Notes under the pieces: generated by a model
What the model was told of the DNA's origin: nothing
Databases searched by the model: none
The model's input: only the letters and a program-made list of their open reading frames with translations
Assembly: GCA_041675145.1 (NCBI GenBank)
Contig: JBAYUK010000001.1
Span: forward strand, 11,822 to 75,821
DNA length: 64,000 nt
Direction: 5' to 3'
Source: Patescibacteria group bacterium
GTDB lineage: Bacteria; Patescibacteriota; JACPGU01
Part shown: piece by piece, positions 49,287-58,918 of the stretch
Position numbering within the stretch: position 1 is the stretch's first letter
Layout: every line of letters begins with the position of its first letter
Made by a program: the position numbers and the translations under genes

Positions 49287-50540
49287 TTACCGTTTTTTCA
49301 TAATATTTTTGAACATATCCGAGAATCCCTTGCCTTTTACCTGGTCAAACATCCCTTTCATGAAGTTTTCTGCCTTATGTTCCTCAAGACCCCAGATAGC
49401 AAGCCCTATGGCAGTAGCAAAAGAAGGGTTGGCAACCATATCTTTATCTATGGAGTTAAGAGAAGTAAGAATTGACCCAACTTGTGCGGGAAGGCGCAGA
49501 CTCTCACGAGCAACATCAACGATGCCGTCGATACGACTTCCTCCCCCGGTAATAACTGCACCAGCAGGAAGAAGCCCATCTCGCCCAATGCGACGCAACT
49601 CATCTTTTACCATCGTAAAGATTTCTTCCAGTCGTGCGTTGATGATCTCAAGAATGTATTTGCGACTAATTTCCTGACCTTCAAGCATAGGGTCCAAGTG
49701 AGCCAGTTCTAGTATTTCTTTTTCACTCGCTACAGTTGGAAAGGCTGAGCCATATTCTATCTTTACCTTCTCAGCAGTTTCAATTGAGGTGCGCAAACAG
49801 ACTGCGATATCATTGGTGATCGTTGTGCCACCCAGTGGAATTGAATGAGTATGGAGTACCTCTCCTTCTTCAAAGACGGCAATTTCTGTGCTTGATCCCC
49901 CGATATCTATCAGAACTACTCCCGCTTCCTTTTGCTTGCGCGAAAGAATAACCTTTGAACAGGCAAGAGAAGCAAGAACGAGCTCTTCAACATCTGCGCC
50001 AGCCTGGTACGCGCATTTAAGAAGGTTTTTTACGACTGGTGAGCTAGCAGTAATTACATGAGCATCTACCTCAAGGCGGATTCCCTTCATGCCAAGTGGG
50101 TCTTTAATGCCTGACTCGCCATCTACAATAAAGAAGCGTGGCAAGATATGGATGACCTCACGGTTAGCAGGCATAGAGAAAGCTTTGGCTGCCTCGATCA
50201 CTCGATCTATATCTTCTTTGGCAATCTCACCAGTAGAACGAGAGACGGCTACGACTCCCCGACTGTTTGATGAATGAACGTGCTGGCCTGAGATAGAGAC
50301 TACCGCACGGTCAATTGGGATGCCTGCCATGCGTTCTGCTTCTTCCAGGCTATTTGAGATAGCTGCAATGACCTCATCGATGTCGACAACCATACCACGG
50401 CGCATGCCAGCAGACTGTACATCTCCAAAACCTAGGATCATAACATCATTAGTTTCTGGGTCTTGGGTTGTTACAACTGTAATAACATTGGAGTTTCCAA
50501 TATCAACGCCAACCGCTATATGTTTTTTCGGAGAAGCCAT
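49287..50540 (-). CDS. ftsA: Cell division protein FtsA
   Basis: Actin-fold 'VGVDIGNSNV', 'DIGGSSTEI' and 'GGGS'. Lies upstream of ftsZ. Confidence 0.9.
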   Translation of the reverse strand: MASPKKHIAVGVDIGNSNVITVVTTQDPETNDVMILGFGDVQSAGMRRGMVVDIDEVIAAISNSLEEAERMAGIPIDRAVVSISGQHVHSSNSRGVVAVSRSTGEIAKEDIDRVIEAAKAFSMPANREVIHILPRFFIVDGESGIKDPLGMKGIRLEVDAHVITASSPVVKNLLKCAYQAGADVEELVLASLACSKVILSRKQKEAGVVLIDIGGSSTEIAVFEEGEVLHTHSIPLGGTTITNDIAVCLRTSIETAEKVKIEYGSAFPTVASEKEILELAHLDPMLEGQEISRKYILEIINARLEEIFTMVKDELRRIGRDGLLPAGAVITGGGSRIDGIVDVARESLRLPAQVGSILTSLNSIDKDMVANPSFATAIGLAIWGLEEHKAENFMKGMFDQVKGKGFSDMFKNIMKKR

Positions 50541-50673
50541 ACTAAAAAATAATGCAAAAAAATTGTATCTGGGTCTATGCCTGTTTATCTGTAATACTAT
50601 GCCAGTTGTTTTGATTAATCAATAACAAAGCGGTGATAATTATACACAGGGTAAAAATATCCTGTACTACAAG

Positions 50674-51342
50674 CTATAATTTCGGTATGTCTTCTTTTTC
50701 TCCCGTGAGTGTGTTGTAGTAGCGCTCACCACCCCATAAGCCTCGTTGTGCTTGTTTTGCTTCTGTTTCAAACGAGGTGAAGTCTCCTGCTCGAATGAGG
50801 GACGGAGTAACAGGAAATTCGTGAGCTAGACCTGCTCTTAGCATTTCAATATTAATATTTTTCCGCTCAAGATACACAATACCTCGAAGTCGTCCAAAAT
50901 CGTCTTCCGTATTCTCGCTGTCTGGCAACAATAAGATTTCACGATGTTCTACCATCGAGCGCAAAAAGTCTGTTGCTTCTAAGCCATACTCCTCGTCCTT
51001 GTCTGGAGCTTTGATGCCAGCTAGACGCACCCGAGTAGTGCCATCGATAATGAGCGTGCTTCCGTCAATAACAGCGGAGACGAGGTAGGATTTAAGTCCT
51101 GCTGGGGGAAGGTCTTGTATTCTTGTGGTAGTCTCGCGTTCATCTTCGTGTATAACAGATAAGCTCTGGTCATCTTTTACGAAGGGTAGATGAGGCCACG
51201 GCTTTGCAGGAAGTATTTCAAGTGGTGTATTGGATGCGGCTGAGGTGGTTAGTTCAAAGCTGGCAATAGCAAAAAGACCAGCCGACACCACGGTAAGTAT
51301 GATCATGCTTGTTGCTGTTTGTTTGAGATGGTAGTGCCACAT
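50674..51342 (-). CDS. Membrane-anchored thermonuclease (SNase family)
   Basis: TM 'MIILTVVSAGLFAIASF', then 'VIDGSTLIIDGTTRVRLAGIKAPD' and 'FGRLRGIVYL'. Start at ATG 51342. Confidence 0.7.
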   Translation of the reverse strand: MWHYHLKQTATSMIILTVVSAGLFAIASFELTTSAASNTPLEILPAKPWPHLPFVKDDQSLSVIHEDERETTTRIQDLPPAGLKSYLVSAVIDGSTLIIDGTTRVRLAGIKAPDKDEEYGLEATDFLRSMVEHREILLLPDSENTEDDFGRLRGIVYLERKNINIEMLRAGLAHEFPVTPSLIRAGDFTSFETEAKQAQRGLWGGERYYNTLTGEKEDIPKL

Positions 51343-51343
51343 G

Positions 51344-51880
51344 TTATTTTGCGTTTGGTCTCCTGCCGCGAGTTTTGTGATATCGTAACAGTATTTTATT
51401 CTCAAGCGTCTCAAGATTTAAAAAGTCGTCGGTCTTAGCGAGTAGCGCTGCTGAAGCTGATCTCTCAAAGGCTGCTACCTCTACTAATTTTCCGTGGTTT
51501 TGTAAGTATTCAACCAGTGGGATATAGTCTCCATCACCAGATACGAGAATGAGTGAGTCGATGGATGGTGCCATTTTAATCATATCCATCGCAAGACCTA
51601 CATCCCAGTCGGCTTTTTTCGTACCGTCAGCAAAGGTCTGGAGATCCTTGGTCTTTACTTCGTACCCTGCTTTATTGAGAGCGTCAAAAAAGCTTTGCTC
51701 TTCTGGCATTTGGGCCTTTACCGCGTAGGCAATGGCTCGGATGAGCTTGCGCTCCCCGACCGATTCTTTTAAGATGGCACCAAAGTTTACCTTCGAGCCG
51801 TAGAGGTGGCGAGCTGAATAGTACATGTTCTGGACATCTACAAACACTGCTACGCGCTGTTCCTTGTTTTTTATTATCAT
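51344..51880 (-). CDS. NYN-domain (LabA-like, PIN-like) protein
   Basis: 'VAVFVDVQNMYYS' and 'LILVSGDGDYIPLV'. Confidence 0.7.
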   Translation of the reverse strand: MIIKNKEQRVAVFVDVQNMYYSARHLYGSKVNFGAILKESVGERKLIRAIAYAVKAQMPEEQSFFDALNKAGYEVKTKDLQTFADGTKKADWDVGLAMDMIKMAPSIDSLILVSGDGDYIPLVEYLQNHGKLVEVAAFERSASAALLAKTDDFLNLETLENKILLRYHKTRGRRPNAK

Positions 51881-51911
51881 AGGTATAGTTAGTTACTTGT
51901 ATAGTATGTTC

Positions 51912-52697
51912 TTATGTACTCTTCTTCAATAGTATTTCTGGCGTTCTAGTCCTCTTGTTTTTGTAGTACTGTGTAATGTCTGTTATGTGATGATGGAAGT
52001 AGTGTCCTACTAGGTCGATTATTATCTTGATCGCAATTAAAGCCATGGCGTACGGTAGCGTATCGGTGCTCGAAGCCTGTGTAAGCGCATCATTTCCTGT
52101 GTAGGTACTCTCTGGTAGTGATGCTAGTGCGCTATTTATTACATGTACCGCAATGGCGTGTGATGTAATGGCAATCAACATAACACGCAGGGTATTACCT
52201 AAGATTCCAGACATAGTGTTGGAACGAGGGTCGCGGTTTACGGCAAAGGAGTAGGTGTGCGATGCAAATAGAAGTAATACCCCTATAGTAAATGGAGAGA
52301 TAATCCTCCATATTTCAGGTAAAAGGTTATCTGTAGTGGTACTCTGCTGGGCATCAAATATGTATGAGAAAACTAGGGTTGAGAAATGGTAGTAGAAAAG
52401 AATGCCAGTAGTTGTGAGTGCTCCAAAACATGCCGTACAGAAGATTACTACCTTTTTAAATAAGATAGCAGCTTCTTGGTTACTAAAGACTACAGGTAAA
52501 CTCTTTGGATGGAGTATTGAGTCTGGAAGTGTGTAGTTGCGGTGAAGGCGTAAAATACTAAAGAAGATGATAAAAACACTCTGCCAAATATATCCAGCTA
52601 TAACAGCAAAGAGCGGAACATGCTGGTATATTGCAAGCGCAATGAATACAATATTGCTTATAAGTAGAACTATTCCTGAAATATTTTTTGTGTTCAT
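51912..52697 (-). CDS. Polytopic membrane hypothetical protein
   Basis: 261 aa with about 7 hydrophobic segments. Confidence 0.5.
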   Translation of the reverse strand: MNTKNISGIVLLISNIVFIALAIYQHVPLFAVIAGYIWQSVFIIFFSILRLHRNYTLPDSILHPKSLPVVFSNQEAAILFKKVVIFCTACFGALTTTGILFYYHFSTLVFSYIFDAQQSTTTDNLLPEIWRIISPFTIGVLLLFASHTYSFAVNRDPRSNTMSGILGNTLRVMLIAITSHAIAVHVINSALASLPESTYTGNDALTQASSTDTLPYAMALIAIKIIIDLVGHYFHHHITDITQYYKNKRTRTPEILLKKST

Positions 52698-54154
52698 TAT
52701 TTGTTTTTCTTTTGTTTCTTAAGATATGCTTCAAGTGTTACTAGTCCTTCTTTCTTGTTTTTAAACTTCTTTTCAAGTTGCATGTCATACAGTGCGTTCA
52801 TTATCTCCCCTACTTCCTTGGTTCCACGGGAAATACCCATCGCCTTCATGATGATATGGCCATCTACAATCTTTTTAGGTAAGATCTTTTTGTTCTTGGA
52901 GTTTGCTAGTGCTTCTTTATAGAACTTTACGTTGCGGAAGTAGGCCGATAAGTTCGGAGGTAAGATCTTACCGTTCTTAGAGAGTAGTGATGAGTTAGCA
53001 TCTACCCAAAACAACTCAAGCAGGTCCCCAAAATAGGGATGTCCTAGGTACTTTAAGCGACGAGCCTCACGCATCTTCGGGATAGTTCCCTGTAAAAGAT
53101 GAAACTTTACCAACCACGCTACCTTGTCGATATCATCGTTGCTGAACTTGAGTCTCTTCATGATGTCTGTTGCCATAGTAGCGCCAACTGAGTCATGTCC
53201 ACTAAAACGAATGCGGTCATCACTCCCCTTTTCTGGGTAGGTGACGGTATGGGGTTTAGCTACATCGTGCATGAGAACTGACCAATAAAAGACAATATCT
53301 TTCTTTGCTTTGTTGCGAATAGTGGCATTTTTGTCTTGTAGGGCTGGTCGCATATGCATGTTACGCAAAGTAAGCAGGATATGGTTCCAGACATTCCCCT
53401 CTGCATGGTGATTTGGAGGCTGAGCAGTAGATTCAGCTGGATCAAACTCTGGCATGATTTCATGCAGTAGTCCTGAGTCTTTTAGCATCACAAACCCTGC
53501 CGCTGCGTTTTCAGATAGCAGTATTTTGTTGAGTTCATCACGAATCCGCTCGGAAGAAACGGTATTGATATCGCTTGCGTGTTTGCGAATCGCGTTCCAG
53601 GTAATGTCTTCTATATAAAAATTAAGCTGGGTGGCAAAACGAATGGCACGCATAAGACGCAGGGCATCTTCTTTGATACGCTCCTCAGGCTCACCGATAA
53701 AACGGATGGTTTTATCTTGTATATCTTGTAGGCCTGCAACATAGTCAATGACTGCATCCTTGTTCTTTATTGCAGTTGAGGATGCAAACATACCGTTTAT
53801 AGTAAAGTCACGGCGCAGGGCGTCTTCTTGCGCTGTGACTCCCAGAGTAACGCTTGCAGGATGACGGTGGTCAGTAGTACCGTGATCTTCACGAAAAGTG
53901 GCGATTTCAAACATCTGCTTTCCGATAACAGCAGCAATAACGCCAAAGGCCGCACCGATCTCAAGGTGCTTGATACTATTCTTTTCAAGGATCTTAATGA
54001 CTTCGGTAGGCTTAGCGCTGGTAGCAATATCTATGTCATGTGTTTTGCGCTTCAAGATTTTATCCCGCACAAACCCACCAGCAAAGTATGCTTCATGACC
54101 AGCTTTTTTAAGAAGCTCGAGAATATGTTGTGCGTTCTTTTCAAGAGTTGGCAT
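52697..54154 (-). CDS. cca: CCA-adding tRNA nucleotidyltransferase with HD domain
   Basis: 'AYFAGGFVRDKILKRKTHDIDIAT', 'RRDFTINGM', and an HD motif 'LMHDVAKP'. Confidence 0.85.
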   Translation of the reverse strand: MPTLEKNAQHILELLKKAGHEAYFAGGFVRDKILKRKTHDIDIATSAKPTEVIKILEKNSIKHLEIGAAFGVIAAVIGKQMFEIATFREDHGTTDHRHPASVTLGVTAQEDALRRDFTINGMFASSTAIKNKDAVIDYVAGLQDIQDKTIRFIGEPEERIKEDALRLMRAIRFATQLNFYIEDITWNAIRKHASDINTVSSERIRDELNKILLSENAAAGFVMLKDSGLLHEIMPEFDPAESTAQPPNHHAEGNVWNHILLTLRNMHMRPALQDKNATIRNKAKKDIVFYWSVLMHDVAKPHTVTYPEKGSDDRIRFSGHDSVGATMATDIMKRLKFSNDDIDKVAWLVKFHLLQGTIPKMREARRLKYLGHPYFGDLLELFWVDANSSLLSKNGKILPPNLSAYFRNVKFYKEALANSKNKKILPKKIVDGHIIMKAMGISRGTKEVGEIMNALYDMQLEKKFKNKKEGLVTLEAYLKKQKKNK

Positions 54155-54202
54155 GGTTTTATGTAAGAAATACGAAGCCAGTGTTTAGTGTTTTCTTTAT
54201 AG

Positions 54203-54991
54203 CTATGGAAGTGTACTTAGTTTTTTCACTATTGCATCACCAAATCGTTTTGTAAGTGCTTCGGAGTTGAATGTCTTAAGAGTCTCTTGTGCTTGAAGGT
54301 AGTATTCACGAGCTTTCTTGGGAGACTCAAGCCCAACTGCTGCTTCTCCTGCCATGCATTGTGCCTCAATTAATTTATATCCTTTACCTTGATCTTTTGC
54401 TTCTTGGATTAGGCCTTGATCTAAGAGTACTATTGCTAATTTGAAGTCCCCTTTCTTTATTAAGAAGCTACAGTAATCAAGTTTGGTAATTAACTGCCAA
54501 TACTTATGATCTGATGAGTCTGCTGCGGCAAGAGCATATCCAAATTCTTTCTCCGCTTCGTTAAAGCGTTCCATATCTGTATAGAGAAGTCCAAGTTTAC
54601 TATGAGTAATACCAAGAAGAGCGTCCTTTTCTTTGCTCTCAAAGGTACTAGCCTTTATTAGGTCAATGGAATTACTAAATGCGCTTTCTGATTCGGAAAA
54701 CTTCTTCCAGTTCTTAAAGTTAATACCACGATCTCGAGCAATACCTATAAGCTGATCATGCATGTTATTCTTAACGGCAATAGTATAGGCTTGAGCGTAA
54801 CAATCTTCGGCCTTATCGTATCGCTCTTCGTTGAGGTAGCAGATTCCAATAGAGTTAAGTGCATTCACTGCTATTTCTGGGTCTGTATTATCTATATATG
54901 TAGACAACATAGCTATTGCTTCACTGGTTCTACCAGCGTCACGCAACATGGCAGCTTGATGCATTTCTTCAAGAGTTAGCTCTTTATTCAT
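54203..54991 (-). CDS. TPR-repeat protein
   Basis: Repeated A/Y/G/L-spaced 34-aa units. Confidence 0.6.
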   Translation of the reverse strand: MNKELTLEEMHQAAMLRDAGRTSEAIAMLSTYIDNTDPEIAVNALNSIGICYLNEERYDKAEDCYAQAYTIAVKNNMHDQLIGIARDRGINFKNWKKFSESESAFSNSIDLIKASTFESKEKDALLGITHSKLGLLYTDMERFNEAEKEFGYALAAADSSDHKYWQLITKLDYCSFLIKKGDFKLAIVLLDQGLIQEAKDQGKGYKLIEAQCMAGEAAVGLESPKKAREYYLQAQETLKTFNSEALTKRFGDAIVKKLSTLP

Positions 54992-54996
54992 TGTTC

Positions 54997-55887
54997 TTAT
55001 TTCTTTTTCGTATCTATTTTTATAGTCGGAGCAGGAATAGCTGTGTTGGGTGTAGCGGGATTTACCTGATCTACGGGAATTTGTTCAACGGTCACTCCCC
55101 CACCACCTGAGGTGGTAATACCGAGCGGGTTAAATTGCTTATTAAAGTCTGAGATACCCATTAAGGAAATCTTTTTAATAACATCACCCTGGGTAATTTT
55201 CTGCGCAATATCGAGTCCCTTTAGGACATGGCCAAAGACGGTATGCTTTCCATCTAGCTGTGGTTGGTCTTTGGTTGTGATAATAAAGAACTGGCTACTA
55301 TTCGTATTGGGACCAGAATTAGCCATAGAGATAGCCCCTATAGTATTCTTAACTGACTGACGAGTCTCGTCGTACTGGTAGCCCTGTGCTTTTAAGGCTG
55401 TAATAGCTTCATCAGTAAGCCCGAGAGACTTTGGGTTGATCTCGTCTGGGAAGTATTGTCCGGTGCCACCAGAACCATCATTACTGGGATCAGTGTCTTT
55501 CGTATTCGGGTCTCCGCCTTGGATCATAAAGTCTGAAATAACGCGGTGAAAGGTAGTACCAGTATAGAAGTTTTCTCCCACAAGTTTCTCGAAATTAGAA
55601 ACTGTAAATGGTGCAGCTGAGCGGTAGAGTTGAACATAGATTGAGCCTTTGTCGGTTTCAATGACCGCAACCTTGTCGTTCTCTGGTTCCTTGGCATGAT
55701 CTATTACTTGAGCATCAGACTTTTTTGCGTGCTTGTTTTTGTATACTGTAGCGCCAATACCAGCTCCAGCAACGAGAACAATGCCTAAGATAATAAGAAC
55801 CCATGTACGAGTCTTCTTGCCTTTTGCGCTTTTATCTACGCTTGCCTGAATTTTATTGATTTGCTTTGTTCTTGATTTTCTTCCCAT
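54997..55887 (-). CDS. Membrane-anchored cyclophilin-type peptidyl-prolyl cis-trans isomerase
   Basis: N-terminal TM, then 'FHRVISDFMIQGGDP' and 'SMANSGPNTNSSQFFI'. Overlaps hisS by 35 nt. Confidence 0.8.
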   Translation of the reverse strand: MGRKSRTKQINKIQASVDKSAKGKKTRTWVLIILGIVLVAGAGIGATVYKNKHAKKSDAQVIDHAKEPENDKVAVIETDKGSIYVQLYRSAAPFTVSNFEKLVGENFYTGTTFHRVISDFMIQGGDPNTKDTDPSNDGSGGTGQYFPDEINPKSLGLTDEAITALKAQGYQYDETRQSVKNTIGAISMANSGPNTNSSQFFIITTKDQPQLDGKHTVFGHVLKGLDIAQKITQGDVIKKISLMGISDFNKQFNPLGITTSGGGGVTVEQIPVDQVNPATPNTAIPAPTIKIDTKKK

Positions 55888-57223
55888 AATCTTCTTCCTC
55901 CCGTGTTCTTAGTTTTACCATATGATAAAGTTTTTCAGCTAAATCTGAAATATCTACTGTTTCTTGAATACCATCGCGCATATCGCGAATCATGGCAACA
56001 TTATGCATAGCCTCACGCTGTCCGATGATTACGGTATAGAGCGCTCCTACCTTATCCGCGGCCTTAAGCTGTCCTTTTAGGGTGTCTCGTCCGATGGCAA
56101 CACCGGTTGAGATATCGAGCTTACGCAAAGCCATTACTGCACCAAGAGCCAGTTTCTTTGATTCTTCACCGAGATGAACGACATAGACACTCACTCGAGA
56201 TTTTGGTTTTGGAATCTTAATGAGGTTAGTCTTCAAAAAGTCTACAATACGGTCAACTCCCACTCCAAAACCAATAGCAGGAGTTTCAGGACCACCTAGT
56301 TCTTCAACTAAGTAGTCATAGCGTCCACCACCACCAAGACTGGCGGTGCGGCGGTGATCGTCTTTTGTTGAGAACTCAAAGACGGTACGACTGTAGTAGT
56401 CGAGACCTCGCACTAAGGTTGGCATTAGGTTGTATGGAATTTCCATATCGTCGAGGTGCTCAAGTACCGTCATAAAATGGGTACGACAATCGTCGCTCAT
56501 AAGGTCCACAATAGCAGGAGCAGAAGAAACGATAGTCTGGCACTTATCTTCCTTACAGTCGAGAATACGAAGCGGGTTCTTCTTGAGTCGCTTTTTACAG
56601 TCATCACACAGCTTTGACTCCTTCTTTTTGAAGTACTCAGTTAGTGCCTTCTTGATTTTTGGACGATCTTCACGAGAACCGAGTGAGTTTACATTTAATA
56701 CAAGGTTTGGAATACCAAGACGATTCATCGTCTGCCACAGATTAGAAATCAAAAGCGCATCGATTAATGGATCGATCTCGCCAAAAATTTCAGCACCAAA
56801 TTGGGTAAACTCACGGTAGCGTCCTGCCTGTGGGTTTTCGTGTCTGAAACAGCGACCCATCGTAAAGAGCGCTACTGGCTTAGGTAGTATTTGCATTCCA
56901 TGCTCGATGTATGCGCGTACTACTCCAGCGGTCAGCTCGGGGCGAAGCGATACAATAGTACCGTCTTTGGTTGCCTTTTTATCCTTGCCGGCCATTTTAG
57001 CGGTATCAAAAGAATACATCTCTTTATTCACAATGTCTGAGTCCGGTCCTACTCCACGGTCAAAAAGGTCGGCTCGTTCCAGGATTGGAGTCTCAATACG
57101 GTCAAAACCAGCAGATAACATGCCGGTCTCAAGCGTATCGGTGACAAAATCCCAGTACGGCGTATCTTCAGGGGTTATGTCCTGAAAACCTTTCAGCCGG
57201 TTAATTGGTTGAATTTTAGCCAT
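55853..57223 (-). CDS. hisS: Histidine--tRNA ligase
   Basis: Class II motifs 'FRHENPQAGRYREFTQFGAEIFG' and 'GGGRYD'. Confidence 0.85.
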   Translation of the reverse strand: MAKIQPINRLKGFQDITPEDTPYWDFVTDTLETGMLSAGFDRIETPILERADLFDRGVGPDSDIVNKEMYSFDTAKMAGKDKKATKDGTIVSLRPELTAGVVRAYIEHGMQILPKPVALFTMGRCFRHENPQAGRYREFTQFGAEIFGEIDPLIDALLISNLWQTMNRLGIPNLVLNVNSLGSREDRPKIKKALTEYFKKKESKLCDDCKKRLKKNPLRILDCKEDKCQTIVSSAPAIVDLMSDDCRTHFMTVLEHLDDMEIPYNLMPTLVRGLDYYSRTVFEFSTKDDHRRTASLGGGGRYDYLVEELGGPETPAIGFGVGVDRIVDFLKTNLIKIPKPKSRVSVYVVHLGEESKKLALGAVMALRKLDISTGVAIGRDTLKGQLKAADKVGALYTVIIGQREAMHNVAMIRDMRDGIQETVDISDLAEKLYHMVKLRTREEEDYGKKIKNKANQ

Positions 57224-57309
57224 AGTTAGCTTTTTTGCGTATATAAAATGACACCCCTACATTATAGCATGGGGTGTCAAGAGGAGATACGGTGAGTGCT
57301 AGGTTTTGC

Positions 57310-57918
57310 CTAGGTACTTACCGTCATTTCTGTTCTTGCCATGGGAAAAGGCCCATGGTAGATATAGGAAGTTTGTCCAGCATTCCTTGTGGTTTCCACT
57401 AAGGAAATGTTCTCGATTTCGATATCCAGTGGTGACATTTCATCGACCCGGATATCTTGTTTGGCCGGTTCGCGCGTTTTCCATTTGGAAAGAAGAATGT
57501 GTGGTTCGTATTCTTCGTCCAGAATTTCCTGAGGCAGCGGCAGAAGCCTCATCAGATAAGACCGTAGAGCGATCAGCTCCTGGGTCTTGTAGCATTCACT
57601 CCACAGTCTGGAAAACTGAGGTTTTCCTCTTGGTTCGTCTTCCAGGATTCGTGGTCCACCAAACGTTAATTTGAACTTCTCGTTTTGGTAGGCCGCAAGC
57701 GTCACCAGGGATTGCACATCAGCAAAGTTGTTCTCTGGGACATAAAAGGGTGGAATGATGTTCAGGTGAAGACGCCTCGTGTCTTGCCACGGAAGCTTTG
57801 TCTTTTGGTCAGCCATCCACTGCTTAAATCGGTTTTGAGCCTCTATGGGCAAAAAACCAGCAACAAATAGCCGTTTCGTTTTCCCGTTATCTCCGGGTTC
57901 ATCAGGTTGTTGGTCCAA
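57310..57918 (-). CDS. 2H phosphoesterase (RNA 2',3'-cyclic phosphodiesterase, LigT/ThpR-like)
   Basis: Two H-x-T/S-like motifs: 'LHLNIIPPF' and 'EPHILLSKW'. Confidence 0.6.
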   Translation of the reverse strand: MDQQPDEPGDNGKTKRLFVAGFLPIEAQNRFKQWMADQKTKLPWQDTRRLHLNIIPPFYVPENNFADVQSLVTLAAYQNEKFKLTFGGPRILEDEPRGKPQFSRLWSECYKTQELIALRSYLMRLLPLPQEILDEEYEPHILLSKWKTREPAKQDIRVDEMSPLDIEIENISLVETTRNAGQTSYIYHGPFPMARTEMTVST

Positions 57919-58038
57919 GGGTTCCTCCTAGAATTGTATTTTGCGTGGACTGTGTGAAAGTATACCAAAGTAGTGAGAAATAGCAATATCCCGGATAAAC
58001 CGGGATATTGAGACTGATTTCATGTTTTTTAGAATGTC

Positions 58039-58449
58039 TTACTGTGCGGTAGCGTCTGCTTGCATCATACCAAATAAGTTACCGTCAGTATCTTTCGCGT
58101 AGGCTAAATACCCCATTCCTTTAATCGGCATCTTTGGAAGTGCGAGTACTCCACCGTGCGCTATAGCTTTCTCTAGTATTGCATCAAGGTCTTCTACATA
58201 CATAGTACACACATACGCGTTAACTGCTTCTCCACCAACAGGAGCTTCCCCTCGGCGCTTGACCACTCCTCCATTAATTCCTTCAACTCCATTAGGACCA
58301 GTAGTAACTAGCCAGTATCTATTTTCTTCAGGAAGAGTAACGCCAGGGATAATCCATTCTTTTATTTCCCAGCCAAACACTGCGCTATAAAAAGTGGCAA
58401 TTTTTTCTGGATCAGTTGCATGTATTTCAAAGTGGACTGGTCTATTCAT
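58039..58449 (-). CDS. VOC/glyoxalase-family protein
   Basis: 'VHFEIHATDPEKIATFYSAVFGWEI'. Confidence 0.7.
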   Translation of the reverse strand: MNRPVHFEIHATDPEKIATFYSAVFGWEIKEWIIPGVTLPEENRYWLVTTGPNGVEGINGGVVKRRGEAPVGGEAVNAYVCTMYVEDLDAILEKAIAHGGVLALPKMPIKGMGYLAYAKDTDGNLFGMMQADATAQ

Positions 58450-58487
58450 ATATGTAAGTTAGTTGATAGTAGTCTAATTATAAATAA

Positions 58488-58889
58488 TTATTTTAGATTT
58501 AAGTATGTTACTGTTATTTGCAACACAGTAGCAAATACAACCCAGGCACAATACGGGATATTGAAGAGACTCGCCCATTTTAGGTATGGGTAGATGGCAA
58601 CTAGCGCCCAGATAAGCGTAACGAGTGTAAGGAGAATGTCTCCTGTTGCGAGCAGGTTGTTTTTAAGACCAAACTGAATTGGAGTAAAGGCGAGGTTGAA
58701 AATAAGGTTAAGTACGAGAGGTAGCGCTACGATCGCAGGGATTTGTTTGGTTATGACTTTATACAATACTGTTCCGTATGTGACGGCAATAATACAGTAA
58801 AGAACAGTCCACACTGGTCCAAAGAGCCAGCTTGGTGGCGCCCAGGTGGGTTTGATTAATGTCTGATACCATTCATATGCATTATTCAT
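58488..58889 (-). CDS. TspO/MBR-family tryptophan-rich membrane protein
   Basis: 'WYQTLIKPTWAPPSWLFGPVWTVLY' plus Trp-rich TM helices. Confidence 0.7.
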   Translation of the reverse strand: MNNAYEWYQTLIKPTWAPPSWLFGPVWTVLYCIIAVTYGTVLYKVITKQIPAIVALPLVLNLIFNLAFTPIQFGLKNNLLATGDILLTLVTLIWALVAIYPYLKWASLFNIPYCAWVVFATVLQITVTYLNLK

Positions 58890-58918
58890 GGGGTGTTGTG
58901 TTTATTTATATATACGTA